Assembly (NCBI GenBank): GCA_016177405.1
Contig: JACOVG010000024.1
Span: 71,079 to 135,078 of the forward strand
DNA: 64,000 nucleotides
DNA from: Candidatus Omnitrophota bacterium
Lineage (GTDB): Bacteria > Omnitrophota > Gorgyraeia > 1-14-0-20-64-10
Direction: 5' to 3'
Numbering within the stretch: the first letter of the stretch is position 1; every line of letters starts with the position of its first letter. Of the stretch, positions 27,701 through 37,127 are shown piece after piece. A program made the translations under genes and the position numbers. The notes under the pieces are model-generated. The model was not told the origin of the DNA. It ran no database searches and saw only the letters and a program-made list of their open reading frames with translations.

Positions 27701-28964
27701 GAGGAAAGAAGCGGGGGGGATGAAAAGCGACAATCTCGGCGTCTTCGGAACACACCTCACCGCTGAGGGACAGTTGAGGAGGATGAAGGACATTGTAAAC
27801 GTACTCGGGGCACAAAACATACACCAGATGACGGTACAGGGCCGCCTGACAGACCCCTTTAAATATGTGGCTGCCCTCCTCATTCTTGCAACCCCCACGC
27901 AGTTCATGAACCTGGAGGCAATAGGCACAGGCACCGATAGCTGGAAAACGTGGCTTCAGATTGGGCCTCTTGTCCACGACGGGCTTCAAGCCAACAAGCC
28001 GATCAACCCTCTGTGGGGTAACGAGGGCCGCACCGATTTTCTCCTTCTCATGACGCCAGAGGAGGTCCAATTGGCAGAGGGCTACCCGATCAAGCTTAAG
28101 GCCTATCAGCGATTGGCGTTGGCGCTTCACGCGGCCCAGGGGACGGTTCCAAGCCAAATGCCCAAACAGCTTCGGGAGAGGCTGGCCGATGTCTGGCGAG
28201 AATTTGTGCAAGAAGCGGATAAGCTGCTTGTGGAAAGTTACGCGAAGCCGGCGGTGGAGCTTCCATGGTTTTCAGAAGGCGCGGACTCCAAGGGACATCC
28301 TTTGAGCGCCTACGGTAAGCGGCAAGAGGCGGACTGGGGTCCCATCCAGCAGGCCTTCCTTCGCGCCAGAGAGAAGATTCTGGATGGGGCCCAGACGGAT
28401 GAAGAGAAAATGGCGGTACTCTACGGGGTTGTCGGGCCATCTTTGGGACTCCTGGCGAGATTCTCGAAGAGGGTAGACCAGGTCCTGGGGGTCTCTATGC
28501 CCCAGCCGGCCGTTCCACCGTCCCCCGCAGGGTTGGAGGAGGCGCGGGAGGCGGCGGCGAGGGAGCGGTTGGATGGGATGAGGTCGGCGGCGCTGACCTT
28601 GGACTGGGTGGTGATTGGAAAGAGAGTTGCGGGACAGTTTCCCGGGCTTGAGCAGTTGGCTGGGCTGGAGGAACGGATTTTAATCGATGGGGATGATCCA
28701 GCAGAGACGGCCTTTAAACTGATTCAGCGGGGCGCCGCTTGGGGCGATCGGGTGACCTTCTTTGGCGGCTTGGAAGAAGGGGAGAAGCTTACCTTTGTGG
28801 CCAGAGATGCCGGGCTTACGTTTCAGATCGTTGGTCTTAAGGAGCAGGGTTTTTCCATTCAGCTTCGGCAGATCTTGGCGGGTCTTGGGATTCCGGACGC
28901 GGCGATTGCGGCTGGTCTCGAGGAGATGGCCGCCGACCTGACCTTCCTAGGCCAAGCGGCTTGA
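18705..28964 (+). CDS. giant (3419 aa) secreted multidomain protein. Contains a signal peptide, a HEAVH motif, a second HEFHH motif, a PfkB/ribokinase-like kinase domain, a class-I SAM-methyltransferase-like domain and PBS-lyase HEAT repeats. Punctuated by nine (P/A)AGLEE motifs
   Basis: Single uninterrupted 10,260-nt ORF with no competing frames. N-terminal MKKLRSLISLALALQLALP signal. HEAVH at nt 19422-19436. PfkB motifs LITPNLEEF...VVGPGGAGDAGLAGLL (~24650-25100). MTase motif I LEPFTGSGVLAYA, ATDVSE and IGNNPTQ (~25460-25760). Repeated ALGxxGxxxAVxxL HEAT units (26100-27500). AGLEE motifs at nt 18846, 20337, 22080, 22758, 23949, 26004, 28524, 28663 and 28906. Confidence 0.75.
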   Translation: MKKLRSLISLALALQLALPNPAGVYPELSRRALRVNQLREDPAGKTLAGLEEALQGKMFSTPVPGTKMAEGARRQMSQFFLALGTFLLLCAGGRGEEAVSPPLISSAGPVSPPSDSSQRARGLLSIGRGTYEGVLKSPARSWAVGEFAESYEEYERMLAKFPDLPPMVEEALDYLKENHPGIYERYVLPGISRIILVEGDILTAQALGEGNVLLADATVRHLHAMPRQDRPRVLAGILAHEAVHNTHRQRGRFPSTKDEEPADSALAMEELTAYLIQAAIPFAETQRPGAIQPMGYLIFQEDLFGLRHVSDGHWLGLFSGLVIGQGGLFFPDELGRPPKVLWPLASRRIQALAKIERMERQRFGEETAVEFLIFHKGEEDPRAVYVEYRIREVIYRRKVDVRRGGRTSVGKPAVVSRDASVFHREVQEPYETKGGPAADPKVLRDLKAFLLEVAQQLSNEPRTPADQRLLEVIREIQKRLEPPPAPPKPTVPGRKGLETPTGLGRAETQPPNQPRTFWAARGNGKVPFTPTALTRKSTPPVSGPTAGLEEGTSLKRRMEIAKGHGALYISLIDIFLRPGDLEEKNQRVEQQIRDLPPGFPKSMKEGYLEGYRRFLGGLAANHALLEDFRQEGVRGLLSRLALSLEEDPARPSMRIKAVRGVLERSLSREMNDADYLLTTFIVSSGLEKKKDMNEIELDLQKVLAHPVRQGSTRLLEPTRGVLIVEVQEELIRLMQNRGLLLWAGAAFYVPSESNHLPNFIIVPDNSQLWKKALANERYLTDDPDVRHEFHHLVWDLLMRSGFLRETKESSVGRSKAFDGFRDEVSAYIVAANKHFAGVEPKLLNYLEGTGDLSADARKATRDARDFSAAAMEIAEQLGIPRSAFLYASMTARNFSELKRLFAELTPLRKLEDLEACGLLYAAWEKLRYEADVSKSIGDLLREKGLRVDPALAQAFAIHHLRSDEKSFQRLGELDEELGRIEKVFAAFGSRLPSREGVLEAVFETRLPLPLETRQTIRTFSLGERTGIPLGLKPEDFLTSLVSFLLIDDPATGNRFRIYQAIVRSSPVMLAAFRKVQDEIIRKGSQAYRIEMKGRGALEAEIKTISDWIKRLGEPPPALDTPAPATPAGLEKVVRGNLAMLRQAYPLMESAVVPEPFVRGEKNRPHLYFALNGAGKILEIRQDWVSTEDRAAKWVLGLALRWPAKGPFQLSTAKRDVEIITGPSGAGYSKLPKLFLDSIKLFNRVPYPFAALTRFSPDEAQKELGQFKGLGKLQAAETWVGHGGTNRREKISLVDPPGNLWFIHLKDVMVEKTTREERFLEGSLFVRQRQISLGELQKLIASSSLIQRFPRSPAGLEEGWLKRALKRFGFVSGKPVLEDKKAQEGPRAVAARDLIARGEKPEGITEVVGYLESVLEEERRNAQMALTQIADDKQNSDPAKVNFLRAMNNAQVVQKSVPNLFRPGVYRAAYDTLRELVSYGEFNEAFISVIPILAEKLSSSDGDVRLPSLAVLNYLAGFEKFAEAIKKARVLEKCLANPNLLRDTANLYRRHDVEPSIYLLFLNVPAYLGTFNSRVIPLLAAGYSDSDPLIRNEASRVLLRLAHYLELWTAYVTRVIPAILGNLMNPDESIRDSARSDLLALDSTRPYYPFPEDADLDGLHQAIVSRIPPPVLTAYRQAWFDGKTLKALDNPFRSDAVNALSQDIFKRDAGSKEERLLLQLLGEFSPEKAAEIKSVLEKRSRAPGTGLPGAAGLEEVAEELKGQTLKLLNDVFGGSEIKQVTREALGRLQERFDRAPSEEKRGILGRFWEIYLPSLRKLARQRIQETAATARPLPPGHVEPSVVIVGPAVNLNLNIGWMPDPEDSQRLVVDPGATSLKANGSPTNVMETLLFLGTPFRSIGMRGADGAPVHQIFFELLGAVGIDPQEWPRVSGDVDFVPTMSAGTLGLDYRFIPPLPPWKNAELSNYTGAVSRVTEELATGGRPHGALAVTSRVPANAPSDFLSQLFRIGKKGGLFVVYDPKTNTLENPEIRSAIVAEGPHLITPNLEEFSVLVGLPLEELQTPEQIIVAAHRLIGRPKTDIPMILISLGDRGALLIDKERAAYANVPPVSVVGPGGAGDAGLAGLLRQYAQTEASQRPFSTLRDSEFLSLLRAYVAAGAAAVLMPGDESPFLEGVVQMEQQVRTTFFRGELPSEHLAGLFTPVERPTAQSPYQNRVWVPRLGRFFFADEEVISPDNAGSDLYLNFILSNPSLFRDKTVLEPFTGSGVLAYALASVGATVVATDVSESAIRLAERNRQDWPPEIRGRVTFGISDVYGNLWRITALREFDVMIGNNPTQRQDPLPGDGASYMTSAGEHFEVIREAITGLAVLLKPGGSAYLQTRVVQEQEEPLRRLTAEHLKEKLLPEGWDLEPTSYEGMGRTELIPLVINRIFRTPAGLEEEEAGGRVRGWALSLIGRLFQFPSRLVTERKLMKILKNPNDNPYERRLDALEVVSITGDKRLRAKWDSSPGWDLSYREAVIKHLARMGSKKLVPLLREILQDPKTETAAGVVAAREMIDLGATDVAVAYLGQAVGKEEIPPQSHEDVIKALWKEEISPLDYENVIRALGKAGGTAAVGYLGKVAEKLWLGDGSPSYWALEALGRIGSQEALDRLRGFASHHKVQLLRFMAQTVLTEIENPKRAIPSLKQLMLDSRVPNEFKATVLERIAEGGSPDGIAFVGEMARDLKITSLRDKAVEGLVKNGSPQAVGELAEVLRVEDGISSFWASTLEGLATIKTPEAVALLGRLATDKGMLVLSRSKVIDLLLKVESRHAIPHLAKLAQEEGENVLLHGDKQAAALRLIEIGGDEALPYLKQIARNGWSWTLAIQGLGEMGGVEGLDFLARLAVDKEVDPKRKERALFQLADVSSPEALDWLRRVAMDPDQDPTLQAAAMSALMRVIPRSLPYLLGGLLVADDEGIPLAMLRRFSKKDILAAVSRGSPGPEKLLWLPPVGSKVPVALRKEAGGMKSDNLGVFGTHLTAEGQLRRMKDIVNVLGAQNIHQMTVQGRLTDPFKYVAALLILATPTQFMNLEAIGTGTDSWKTWLQIGPLVHDGLQANKPINPLWGNEGRTDFLLLMTPEEVQLAEGYPIKLKAYQRLALALHAAQGTVPSQMPKQLRERLADVWREFVQEADKLLVESYAKPAVELPWFSEGADSKGHPLSAYGKRQEADWGPIQQAFLRAREKILDGAQTDEEKMAVLYGVVGPSLGLLARFSKRVDQVLGVSMPQPAVPPSPAGLEEAREAAARERLDGMRSAALTLDWVVIGKRVAGQFPGLEQLAGLEERILIDGDDPAETAFKLIQRGAAWGDRVTFFGGLEEGEKLTFVARDAGLTFQIVGLKEQGFSIQLRQILAGLGIPDAAIAAGLEEMAADLTFLGQAA

Positions 28965-28974
28965 TCCCTTTGAC

Positions 28975-29880
28975 TTAGCCGGTGCCGAGGACGTGCCGGA
29001 GGGTCCAGTCCAGGCGCGGATAGATGAAGGGGTAGCCGGTGGATTTCAGGCGAGCCGAGACCGCCCGCTGGCTGGCCAGAAGCAAGGCATCGGCCATCTC
29101 GCCGAAGGCCAGCCTGGCCGCGAAGGCCGGCAGGGGAAAAAGGGCCGGCCGCCACAAGACCCTTCCCAGGGTCTTGGTGAACTCCCGGTTGGTGACCGGG
29201 TTGGGGGAGACGATGTTCACCGGCCCCTGGATCTGCTCGATCACGATCGCGTGAAGGATGGCCCCCACCGCGTCGTCCAGGGCGACCCAGCTCATGTACT
29301 GCCTGCCCGATCCGATGGTGCCTCCCAGGCCCAGCCGAAAGGGGAAGGTCATCACCGGCAGGGCCCCGCCGGCAGCGCCCAGCACCATCCCGAAGCGAAG
29401 ATTCACCACCCGGATTCCTGCCTGTGACGCCGGCTGGGTGGCGGCCTCCCAGGCTTGGCCCACCTCCGCCAGAAAGCCGCTTCCCGCCGGGCTGTCCTCG
29501 TTGAGTGTCTCGTCCCCGCGGCTGCCGTAGATGCCGACCGCCGAGGCGCTTAAGAAAACGGCCGGGGGTTTCTTCAGTTTGGGGAGCGATTCCGAGAGGA
29601 ATTGGGTTGCCTGAACCCGGCTGGTTCTGATGAGCTCCTTTTTGGCGGGGGTCCAGCGGCCCTTGGCGATGTTGTCGCCGGCCAAATGGATGAGGGCGTC
29701 AAGCCCCTCCAGCTTATCCAGATCGATTTTCTCCGCGGCCGGATCCCAGAAGGCCGTTCCTTCCTGGTTTTGAGCGGGTGCCCGGATGAGGCGGATGACC
29801 TCGTGGCGCCTCTGATGGATGAGGAAGTTGGCGAGGGCCGAGCCGACGAACCCGCTCGAGCCTGTCAGGGCGATGCGCAT
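28975..29880 (-). CDS. TIGR01777/YfcH-family NAD-dependent epimerase-like protein (DUF1731 C-terminal)
   Basis: MRIALTGSSGFVGSAL Rossmann N-terminus, 301 aa, YfcH-like architecture. The minus-strand ORF does not overlap neighbouring genes. Confidence 0.7.
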   Translation of the reverse strand: MRIALTGSSGFVGSALANFLIHQRRHEVIRLIRAPAQNQEGTAFWDPAAEKIDLDKLEGLDALIHLAGDNIAKGRWTPAKKELIRTSRVQATQFLSESLPKLKKPPAVFLSASAVGIYGSRGDETLNEDSPAGSGFLAEVGQAWEAATQPASQAGIRVVNLRFGMVLGAAGGALPVMTFPFRLGLGGTIGSGRQYMSWVALDDAVGAILHAIVIEQIQGPVNIVSPNPVTNREFTKTLGRVLWRPALFPLPAFAARLAFGEMADALLLASQRAVSARLKSTGYPFIYPRLDWTLRHVLGTG

Positions 29881-29954
29881 GGGGCAGATTGTAGCAGGAG
29901 GGATGCTATAATCGCAACTGGCGGCTGTACCCTAAGAGACCATGGAGGGACGGA

Positions 29955-30983
29955 ATGAAAGCGATCGCGTTTGATCATCACGGCGGCGTGGAGGTCCTCA
30001 AATACCTGGAGGTTCCGGCTCCCAGGATGGGGGAGGACGAGGCCCTCATTGAGGTGGAGGCCTGCGGCATCAACCATCTGGATCTCTGGACCCGGCAGGG
30101 TTTGCCAGGCGTTCAGGTTCCCATGCCGCACATCTTGGGCTGTGAGGTGGTGGGGAAGGTGGCCAAGGTTGGAGCCAAGGTCACCCACGTGAAGAAGGGG
30201 GACCGGGTTTTGGCGGCGCCGGGGATAAGCTGCGGCTCCTGCCCGGCCTGCCAGGGCGGCCGCGACAGCCTCTGCCGGGAATTCAAGATCATGGGTCTTC
30301 AGCGGGACGGCGGCTACGCCGAAATGGTGTCGGCTCCGGGCAAGAACCTGATTCCGGTTTCTTCCAAGCTTAAGCCGGAGGAGTGGGCGGCCGTGCCGCT
30401 GGTTTTTGTCACCGCGTGGCACATGCTGGTGACCCGGGCCGGGCTCAAGGCCGGCGAATCGGTGCTCATCCATGCCGGCGGCTCCGGCGTGGGCTCGGCC
30501 GCCATTCAGGTGGCCCGGCTTTCCGGGGCCACCGTCTTCGCGACGGTCGGCTCGGATGAGAAGCTGAAGAAGGCGAAGGCGCTGGGGGCCCACTGGGTGA
30601 TCAACTACAACAGGCGGGATTTTCCCGAGGAGGTTCAGCGCCTCACCGAGGGCCGCGGGGTGGACGTTGTCTTCGAGCACATCGGCCCGGCCACCTGGCG
30701 CGGCAGTATGAAATGCCTGGCCCGGGGCGGGCGGCTGGTCACCTGCGGGGCGACCACCGGCCCCCTGGTGGAGCTAGATCTTCGCTTCTTCTTCACCCGC
30801 GAGCTTTCGGTGATGGGCTGCTACATGGGGGGCCGCCGGGAGCTGGACCAGGTGCTGGGGCTGGCGGCGGAGGGCCGGCTGAAGCCGGTGGTGGACACCG
30901 TCTTCCCGCTCAAGGAGGCCGCCCGGGCCCAAGCGGTGATGCAAAGCAGAAACTTCTTCGGCAAGCTCGTCCTGAAGGTTTAG
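29955..30983 (+). CDS. zinc-binding alcohol dehydrogenase / quinone oxidoreductase family (MDR)
   Basis: GINHLDLW, GCEVVGKV and a GGSGVGSAAIQ NAD(P) motif. Length 342 aa. Confidence 0.8.
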   Translation: MKAIAFDHHGGVEVLKYLEVPAPRMGEDEALIEVEACGINHLDLWTRQGLPGVQVPMPHILGCEVVGKVAKVGAKVTHVKKGDRVLAAPGISCGSCPACQGGRDSLCREFKIMGLQRDGGYAEMVSAPGKNLIPVSSKLKPEEWAAVPLVFVTAWHMLVTRAGLKAGESVLIHAGGSGVGSAAIQVARLSGATVFATVGSDEKLKKAKALGAHWVINYNRRDFPEEVQRLTEGRGVDVVFEHIGPATWRGSMKCLARGGRLVTCGATTGPLVELDLRFFFTRELSVMGCYMGGRRELDQVLGLAAEGRLKPVVDTVFPLKEAARAQAVMQSRNFFGKLVLKV

Positions 30984-30985
30984 CA

Positions 30986-31774
30986 ATGCACGTCATCGCG
31001 GTGGCCAGCGGCAAAGGGGGTGTCGGGAAAACCACCGTGGCCGTGAACGTCGCCTGCGCTCTGGCCAAGGGCGGCGCCAAGGTGGGCCTGTTGGATGCCG
31101 ACATCACCGGCCCCAACGTTCCCCTCATGATGGGTCTGTCGGCCTTGCCGCCGCTTCAAGAGGGGCGGATCGTTCCGGCGGAGAATTTTGGGGTGAAGGT
31201 CATGTCGATGGGTTTCCTGGTGAAGCCGGGCGAGGCGGTGATCTGGCGGGGGCCGATGCTTCATGGAGCGATCAACAAGTTCTTGAAGGAGGTTCTCTGG
31301 GGGGAACTGGATTACCTCTTGTGCGATCTGCCGCCTGGGACCTCGGACATTCAGCTCACCCTCTCGCAGTCCATTCCGATGGCTGGGGCGCTTATCGTCA
31401 CCACGCCGCAGGAGGTTGCTCTGCAGGATGTCCGTAAGGCGATCGCCATGTTCGAGAAGGTCAAGGTTCCCCTCCTGGGGGTGGTGGAGAACATGTCCGG
31501 CTTCGTTTGCTCCCACTGCGGCAAGACCACCGACATCTTTGACCGGGGCGGGGGCCGGCGCTGGGCGCAGGAATTGAAGATCCCGTTCCTGGCCGCGGTG
31601 CCTCTGGTCCCGAAGATCCGGGAGGGCAGCGATCAGGGGCGTCCCATCGTCTTGACCGATCCGGAGTCTCCGGCGGCGGCCGCCTTTGGGCAGGCGGCGA
31701 AGAACCTAGCGGCCCAGGTGAATGCCGCGGCCGCCGCTTCCACCGGTCCAAGCGGCCCTGTTTGGAAAGTGTGA
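30986..31774 (+). CDS. apbC: Fe-S cluster carrier ATPase Mrp/ApbC (NBP35 family)
   Basis: A SGKGGVGKTT deviant Walker A and a CxxC (CSHCGK) motif. The true start is an internal ATG. The G/P-rich N-terminal extension of the listed ORF is an artefact. Confidence 0.85.
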   Translation: MHVIAVASGKGGVGKTTVAVNVACALAKGGAKVGLLDADITGPNVPLMMGLSALPPLQEGRIVPAENFGVKVMSMGFLVKPGEAVIWRGPMLHGAINKFLKEVLWGELDYLLCDLPPGTSDIQLTLSQSIPMAGALIVTTPQEVALQDVRKAIAMFEKVKVPLLGVVENMSGFVCSHCGKTTDIFDRGGGRRWAQELKIPFLAAVPLVPKIREGSDQGRPIVLTDPESPAAAAFGQAAKNLAAQVNAAAAASTGPSGPVWKV

Positions 31775-32001
31775 TGGCCGCGGATCAAACCTTGGATTGT
31801 TACGGTCTTTTATGCCCGGTGCCGGTTCGCAGGACGGCCCAGGCGCTGGAGGGGCTTCGTCCGGGCCAGCTTCTTCAGGTGATCGCCACGGACGAATGGT
31901 TTGGCCCGGATCTGGAGGCCTGGCTGCGCCATCATCCCCACCAGCTGGTCTCGATTGAAAAAGAAGGTTCGGAGATCCGCGCGTTGATTCGAAGGCAGTG
32001 A
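31774..32001 (+). CDS. TusA-like sulfurtransferase (CPxP motif)
   Basis: MAADQTLDCYGLLCPVP. Length ~75 aa. The start overlaps the apbC stop (TGATG). Confidence 0.55.
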   Translation: MAADQTLDCYGLLCPVPVRRTAQALEGLRPGQLLQVIATDEWFGPDLEAWLRHHPHQLVSIEKEGSEIRALIRRQ

Positions 32002-32795
32002 CGCCCGCCATAGCGGTTTCCCACCTGGTGAGGACCTACAACGGCCTGACGGCCGTGGACGATCTCTCCTTAGAGATCCCGGCGGGGGAGCTGTTCGGTT
32101 TCCTGGGGCCCAACGGGGCGGGCAAGACCACCACCATCAACATTCTGTGCACCCTGCTGGCTCCCGACTCCGGTTCGGCCCACGTCGCCGGCTTTGACTG
32201 CCTGGCTCAATCCCGCGAGGTCCGCCGGGCGATCGGGATCATCTTCCAGGATCCTTCCCTGGACGAGCGGCTCACCGCCTGGGAGAACCTGGAATTCCAC
32301 GGGATGATCTACCATCTCCCCAAGCTTCTTCGGCGCCAGCGCATGGAGGAGGTGCTCCGGTTGGTCGCCCTCTGGGAGAGGCGCCACGACATCGTGAAGA
32401 CCTTCTCCGGGGGGATGAAGCGGCGCCTCGAGGTGGCCCGGGGGCTGATGCATGAGCCGCGGGTTCTCTTTTTAGATGAGCCGACGATTGGCCTGGACCC
32501 GCAGACCCGCTGCCGGATCTGGGAGGCAATCGAGCGGATTCGCTCCGAGCGCCGGACCACCCTGTTCATGACGACCCACTCCATGGAGGAGGCGACCCGC
32601 TGCGACCGGGTGGCGATCCTGGACCATGGGAAGCTCCTGGTCCTGGACCGGCCGCAGGCCCTGATTGCCAGGCAGGGGGCGCGCAATCTGGAGGAGGTTT
32701 TCTTGAACCTGACCGGCCGGGGCCTCCGGGACGAGGCCGCCTCTGAGAATGAAATGCTGCGCACCCGCGTGCGAAGACTCAAGCGGTGGCGATGA
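31998..32795 (+). CDS. ABC transporter ATP-binding protein (ABC-2 type)
   Basis: Walker A GPNGAGKTT, signature FSGGMKRRLEVA, Walker B LFLDEPT. Confidence 0.8.
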   Translation: MTPAIAVSHLVRTYNGLTAVDDLSLEIPAGELFGFLGPNGAGKTTTINILCTLLAPDSGSAHVAGFDCLAQSREVRRAIGIIFQDPSLDERLTAWENLEFHGMIYHLPKLLRRQRMEEVLRLVALWERRHDIVKTFSGGMKRRLEVARGLMHEPRVLFLDEPTIGLDPQTRCRIWEAIERIRSERRTTLFMTTHSMEEATRCDRVAILDHGKLLVLDRPQALIARQGARNLEEVFLNLTGRGLRDEAASENEMLRTRVRRLKRWR

Positions 32796-33550
32796 CGAAT
32801 TTCCTGGATTTTTCGGCGCTGGGGATGATCTGGAAGCGGGATTTGATCCGGCTTTCACGGGACCGGGCGCAGATCGCTGGCTCTCTGGCCAGGCCGATTT
32901 TGTGGCTGGTGATCCTGGGGCTCGGGATGGGCTCCTCCGTCTCCGGGTTTGGCTCGGGACGTTACGTGGAGTACCTCTTTCCGGGGATCATTGCGCTTAA
33001 CCTGCTCTTCGCCTCGTTCCTGTCGGCGATCTCCATCATCTGGGACCGGGAGTTCGGATTCCTGAAGGAGATGCTGGTGGCCCCGATCCCGCGGGCCTCC
33101 ATCGCCTTGGGCAAGGCGGCCAGCGGCGCCACCGTCTCCACCCTGCAGGGGTGCCTGGTGCTCCTGTTTATTCCGGTCGTGGGGGTGTCGGTCTCCTGGG
33201 CAAGGGTCGCGCTGGCGCTTCCCTTCATGTTCCTGATCGCTTTCGCGATGACCTCCCTGGGGCTTCTGGTGGCCGCGCGGATGACCTCCTTTGAGGGTTT
33301 CGGGACGATCGCCAATTTTGTGATCATGCCGATGTTCTTTGTAAGCGGCGCCGTCTTCCCGCTGGACCGGGCCCCCCGCTGGCTTTCGATCCTCTCCAAG
33401 GTGAATCCGATGACCTACGCCGTGGAGGGCCTGCGCGGGCTGATGAGGGGCGGGGTAAGCTGGGGCTTCCTTCTGGATCTGACGGTCCTGGCCCTCTTCG
33501 CGCTGTTGGCGGTCCGGCTGGCCGTGTGGGCCTTCTCCCGCCGGATGTAG
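32786..33550 (+). CDS. ABC-2 family transporter permease
   Basis: 254 aa, 6 TM helices. Translationally coupled to the upstream ABC ATPase. Confidence 0.7.
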   Translation: MAMTNFLDFSALGMIWKRDLIRLSRDRAQIAGSLARPILWLVILGLGMGSSVSGFGSGRYVEYLFPGIIALNLLFASFLSAISIIWDREFGFLKEMLVAPIPRASIALGKAASGATVSTLQGCLVLLFIPVVGVSVSWARVALALPFMFLIAFAMTSLGLLVAARMTSFEGFGTIANFVIMPMFFVSGAVFPLDRAPRWLSILSKVNPMTYAVEGLRGLMRGGVSWGFLLDLTVLALFALLAVRLAVWAFSRRM

Positions 33551-33575
33551 CTTTCGTAAGGGGCAGGGTGATAGA

Positions 33576-33865
33576 ATGAAAAAACGCAAGATTTACATTG
33601 ATACCGGCGGCCTGACCTGTCCGAAGAAGAGGTCCCAGGAGTTCTTGAGGGCTCTTTTGGACGCCCTCCGGAAGGCCGGGTTGGAGCAGGCGGTCCAAGT
33701 GATCCCCCGCGGGTGCTTTGGTTTGTGCAACCTGGCCCCGAATCTTTACATCGAGCCGGACGGCCTCTGGTACTCTCGCTTCACCGTGAAGGATATCCCG
33801 GAGATTGTTCAGTCACATTTGATTGGCGGCCAACCGGTTACGCGGTTGATCCACTACAAAAAGGG

Positions 33866-33869
<4 letters not shown>
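33576..33869 (+). CDS. thioredoxin-like [2Fe-2S] ferredoxin (NuoE-like fold)
   Basis: CPKK...[22 protein letters not shown]. Lies immediately upstream of nuoBCD, and its stop overlaps the nuoBCD start. Confidence 0.6.
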
Positions 33870-36177
<2,308 letters not shown>

Positions 36178-36181
<4 letters not shown>

Positions 36182-36768
36182 GAATTTACGGGCTGGAGCT
36201 GCTGCGGGGGCTGTCCGTCACGCTGGGGCATTTCATCGCCAGCTACACCGAGGGTTTCAAGCGCACCTTCGCCAACCGCCTGCGGGGCCAGGTCCGGCAG
36301 GATCCCAGCGAGCGTGGAATCTTCACGGTGCAGTATCCCGAGGAGAGACTCCGGGTGCCGGAGCGCTTCCGGGTTCTGCCGGTTTTGATCTTCAACGGCA
36401 AGGAAGGGGAAAAGTGGACTCCGGCCGCCGAGCGCTGTACCGCCTGCGGAATCTGCGCCAAGGTTTGCCCGCCGCAGTGCATCTGGATCGTTCAGGCCAA
36501 AGACCCGGCCAGCGGCAAGCCAACCCCTAAGGCCTCGGAATTTTTCATCGATGTGGATGTCTGCATGAACTGCGGCCTGTGCGCGGAATTCTGTCCCTTC
36601 GACGCCATCAAGATGGACCACACCTTTGAGCTGGGGGGACAAGAGCGGAAGGTTTCGCACATCTTCGACATCGACAAGCTCCACGTCTCCACCGAGTATT
36701 ACGCGAAGACCCACCCCAAAGCCTGGGCCCAGGAGGAAGAGGCCAGGCGCAAGAAGGCGGTGAAGTGA
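36178..36768 (+). CDS. nuoI: NADH-quinone oxidoreductase subunit I (2x[4Fe-4S])
   Basis: [12 protein letters not shown] and [12 protein letters not shown] ferredoxin motifs. GTG start overlapping the nuoBCD stop. Confidence 0.8.
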
Positions 36769-37127
36769 GCTACCACCTGAATTATCTGTTTCTGGGGGTT
36801 TTCTTCGTGGGGGCCTGCGCGGTGCCGGTTTTGGCGCTTGGGCTGGCCCGCCTCATCGCGCCGAGGAAGCCGGGCAAGGAAAAGCTTTCTTCTTACGAGT
36901 GCGGCGTGGAGACCTCTGGCGACGCCTGGGTCCAGTTTCGGGTCCAGTATTACCTGTTCGCGATCCTCTTTGTGGTTTTCGACGTGGAGGCCCTGTTCCT
37001 CTTTCCCTGGGCGGTGGTTTTTAGGGAGATGGGAATGGCCGGGCTCGCGGCCATGGCGATCTTCCTTGGAATCCTGGCCCTGGGGCTGGCTTACGCTTGG
37101 CAGGAGGGGGTGCTGGAGTGGGATTAG
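36765..37127 (+). CDS. nuoA: NADH-quinone oxidoreductase subunit A
   Basis: 120 aa, 3 TM. YECG, FDVEALFLFPW. Confidence 0.75.
   Translation: MSYHLNYLFLGVFFVGACAVPVLALGLARLIAPRKPGKEKLSSYECGVETSGDAWVQFRVQYYLFAILFVVFDVEALFLFPWAVVFREMGMAGLAAMAIFLGILALGLAYAWQEGVLEWD

Noticed and set aside
20337-28925. The repeated 18-mer ccgccgggctggaggagg considered as a CRISPR-like or tandem-repeat array
   Set aside because: Spacing is irregular (0.1-2.5 kb). All copies are in-frame within one ORF and translate to the same AGLEE peptide. No cas genes are present. It is a protein-level repeated motif.
30713-30985. G/P/A-rich 91-aa N-terminal extension of the Mrp/ApbC ORF
   Set aside because: Low-complexity region that overlaps the 3' end of the upstream oxidoreductase gene. 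The conserved Mrp N-terminus begins at the internal ATG 30986.
33713-33865. N-terminal extension of the nuoBCD ORF overlapping the ferredoxin gene
   Set aside because: The extension is out of context: it overlaps the 33576..33869 gene. The conserved NuoB N-terminus starts at the ATG 33866.
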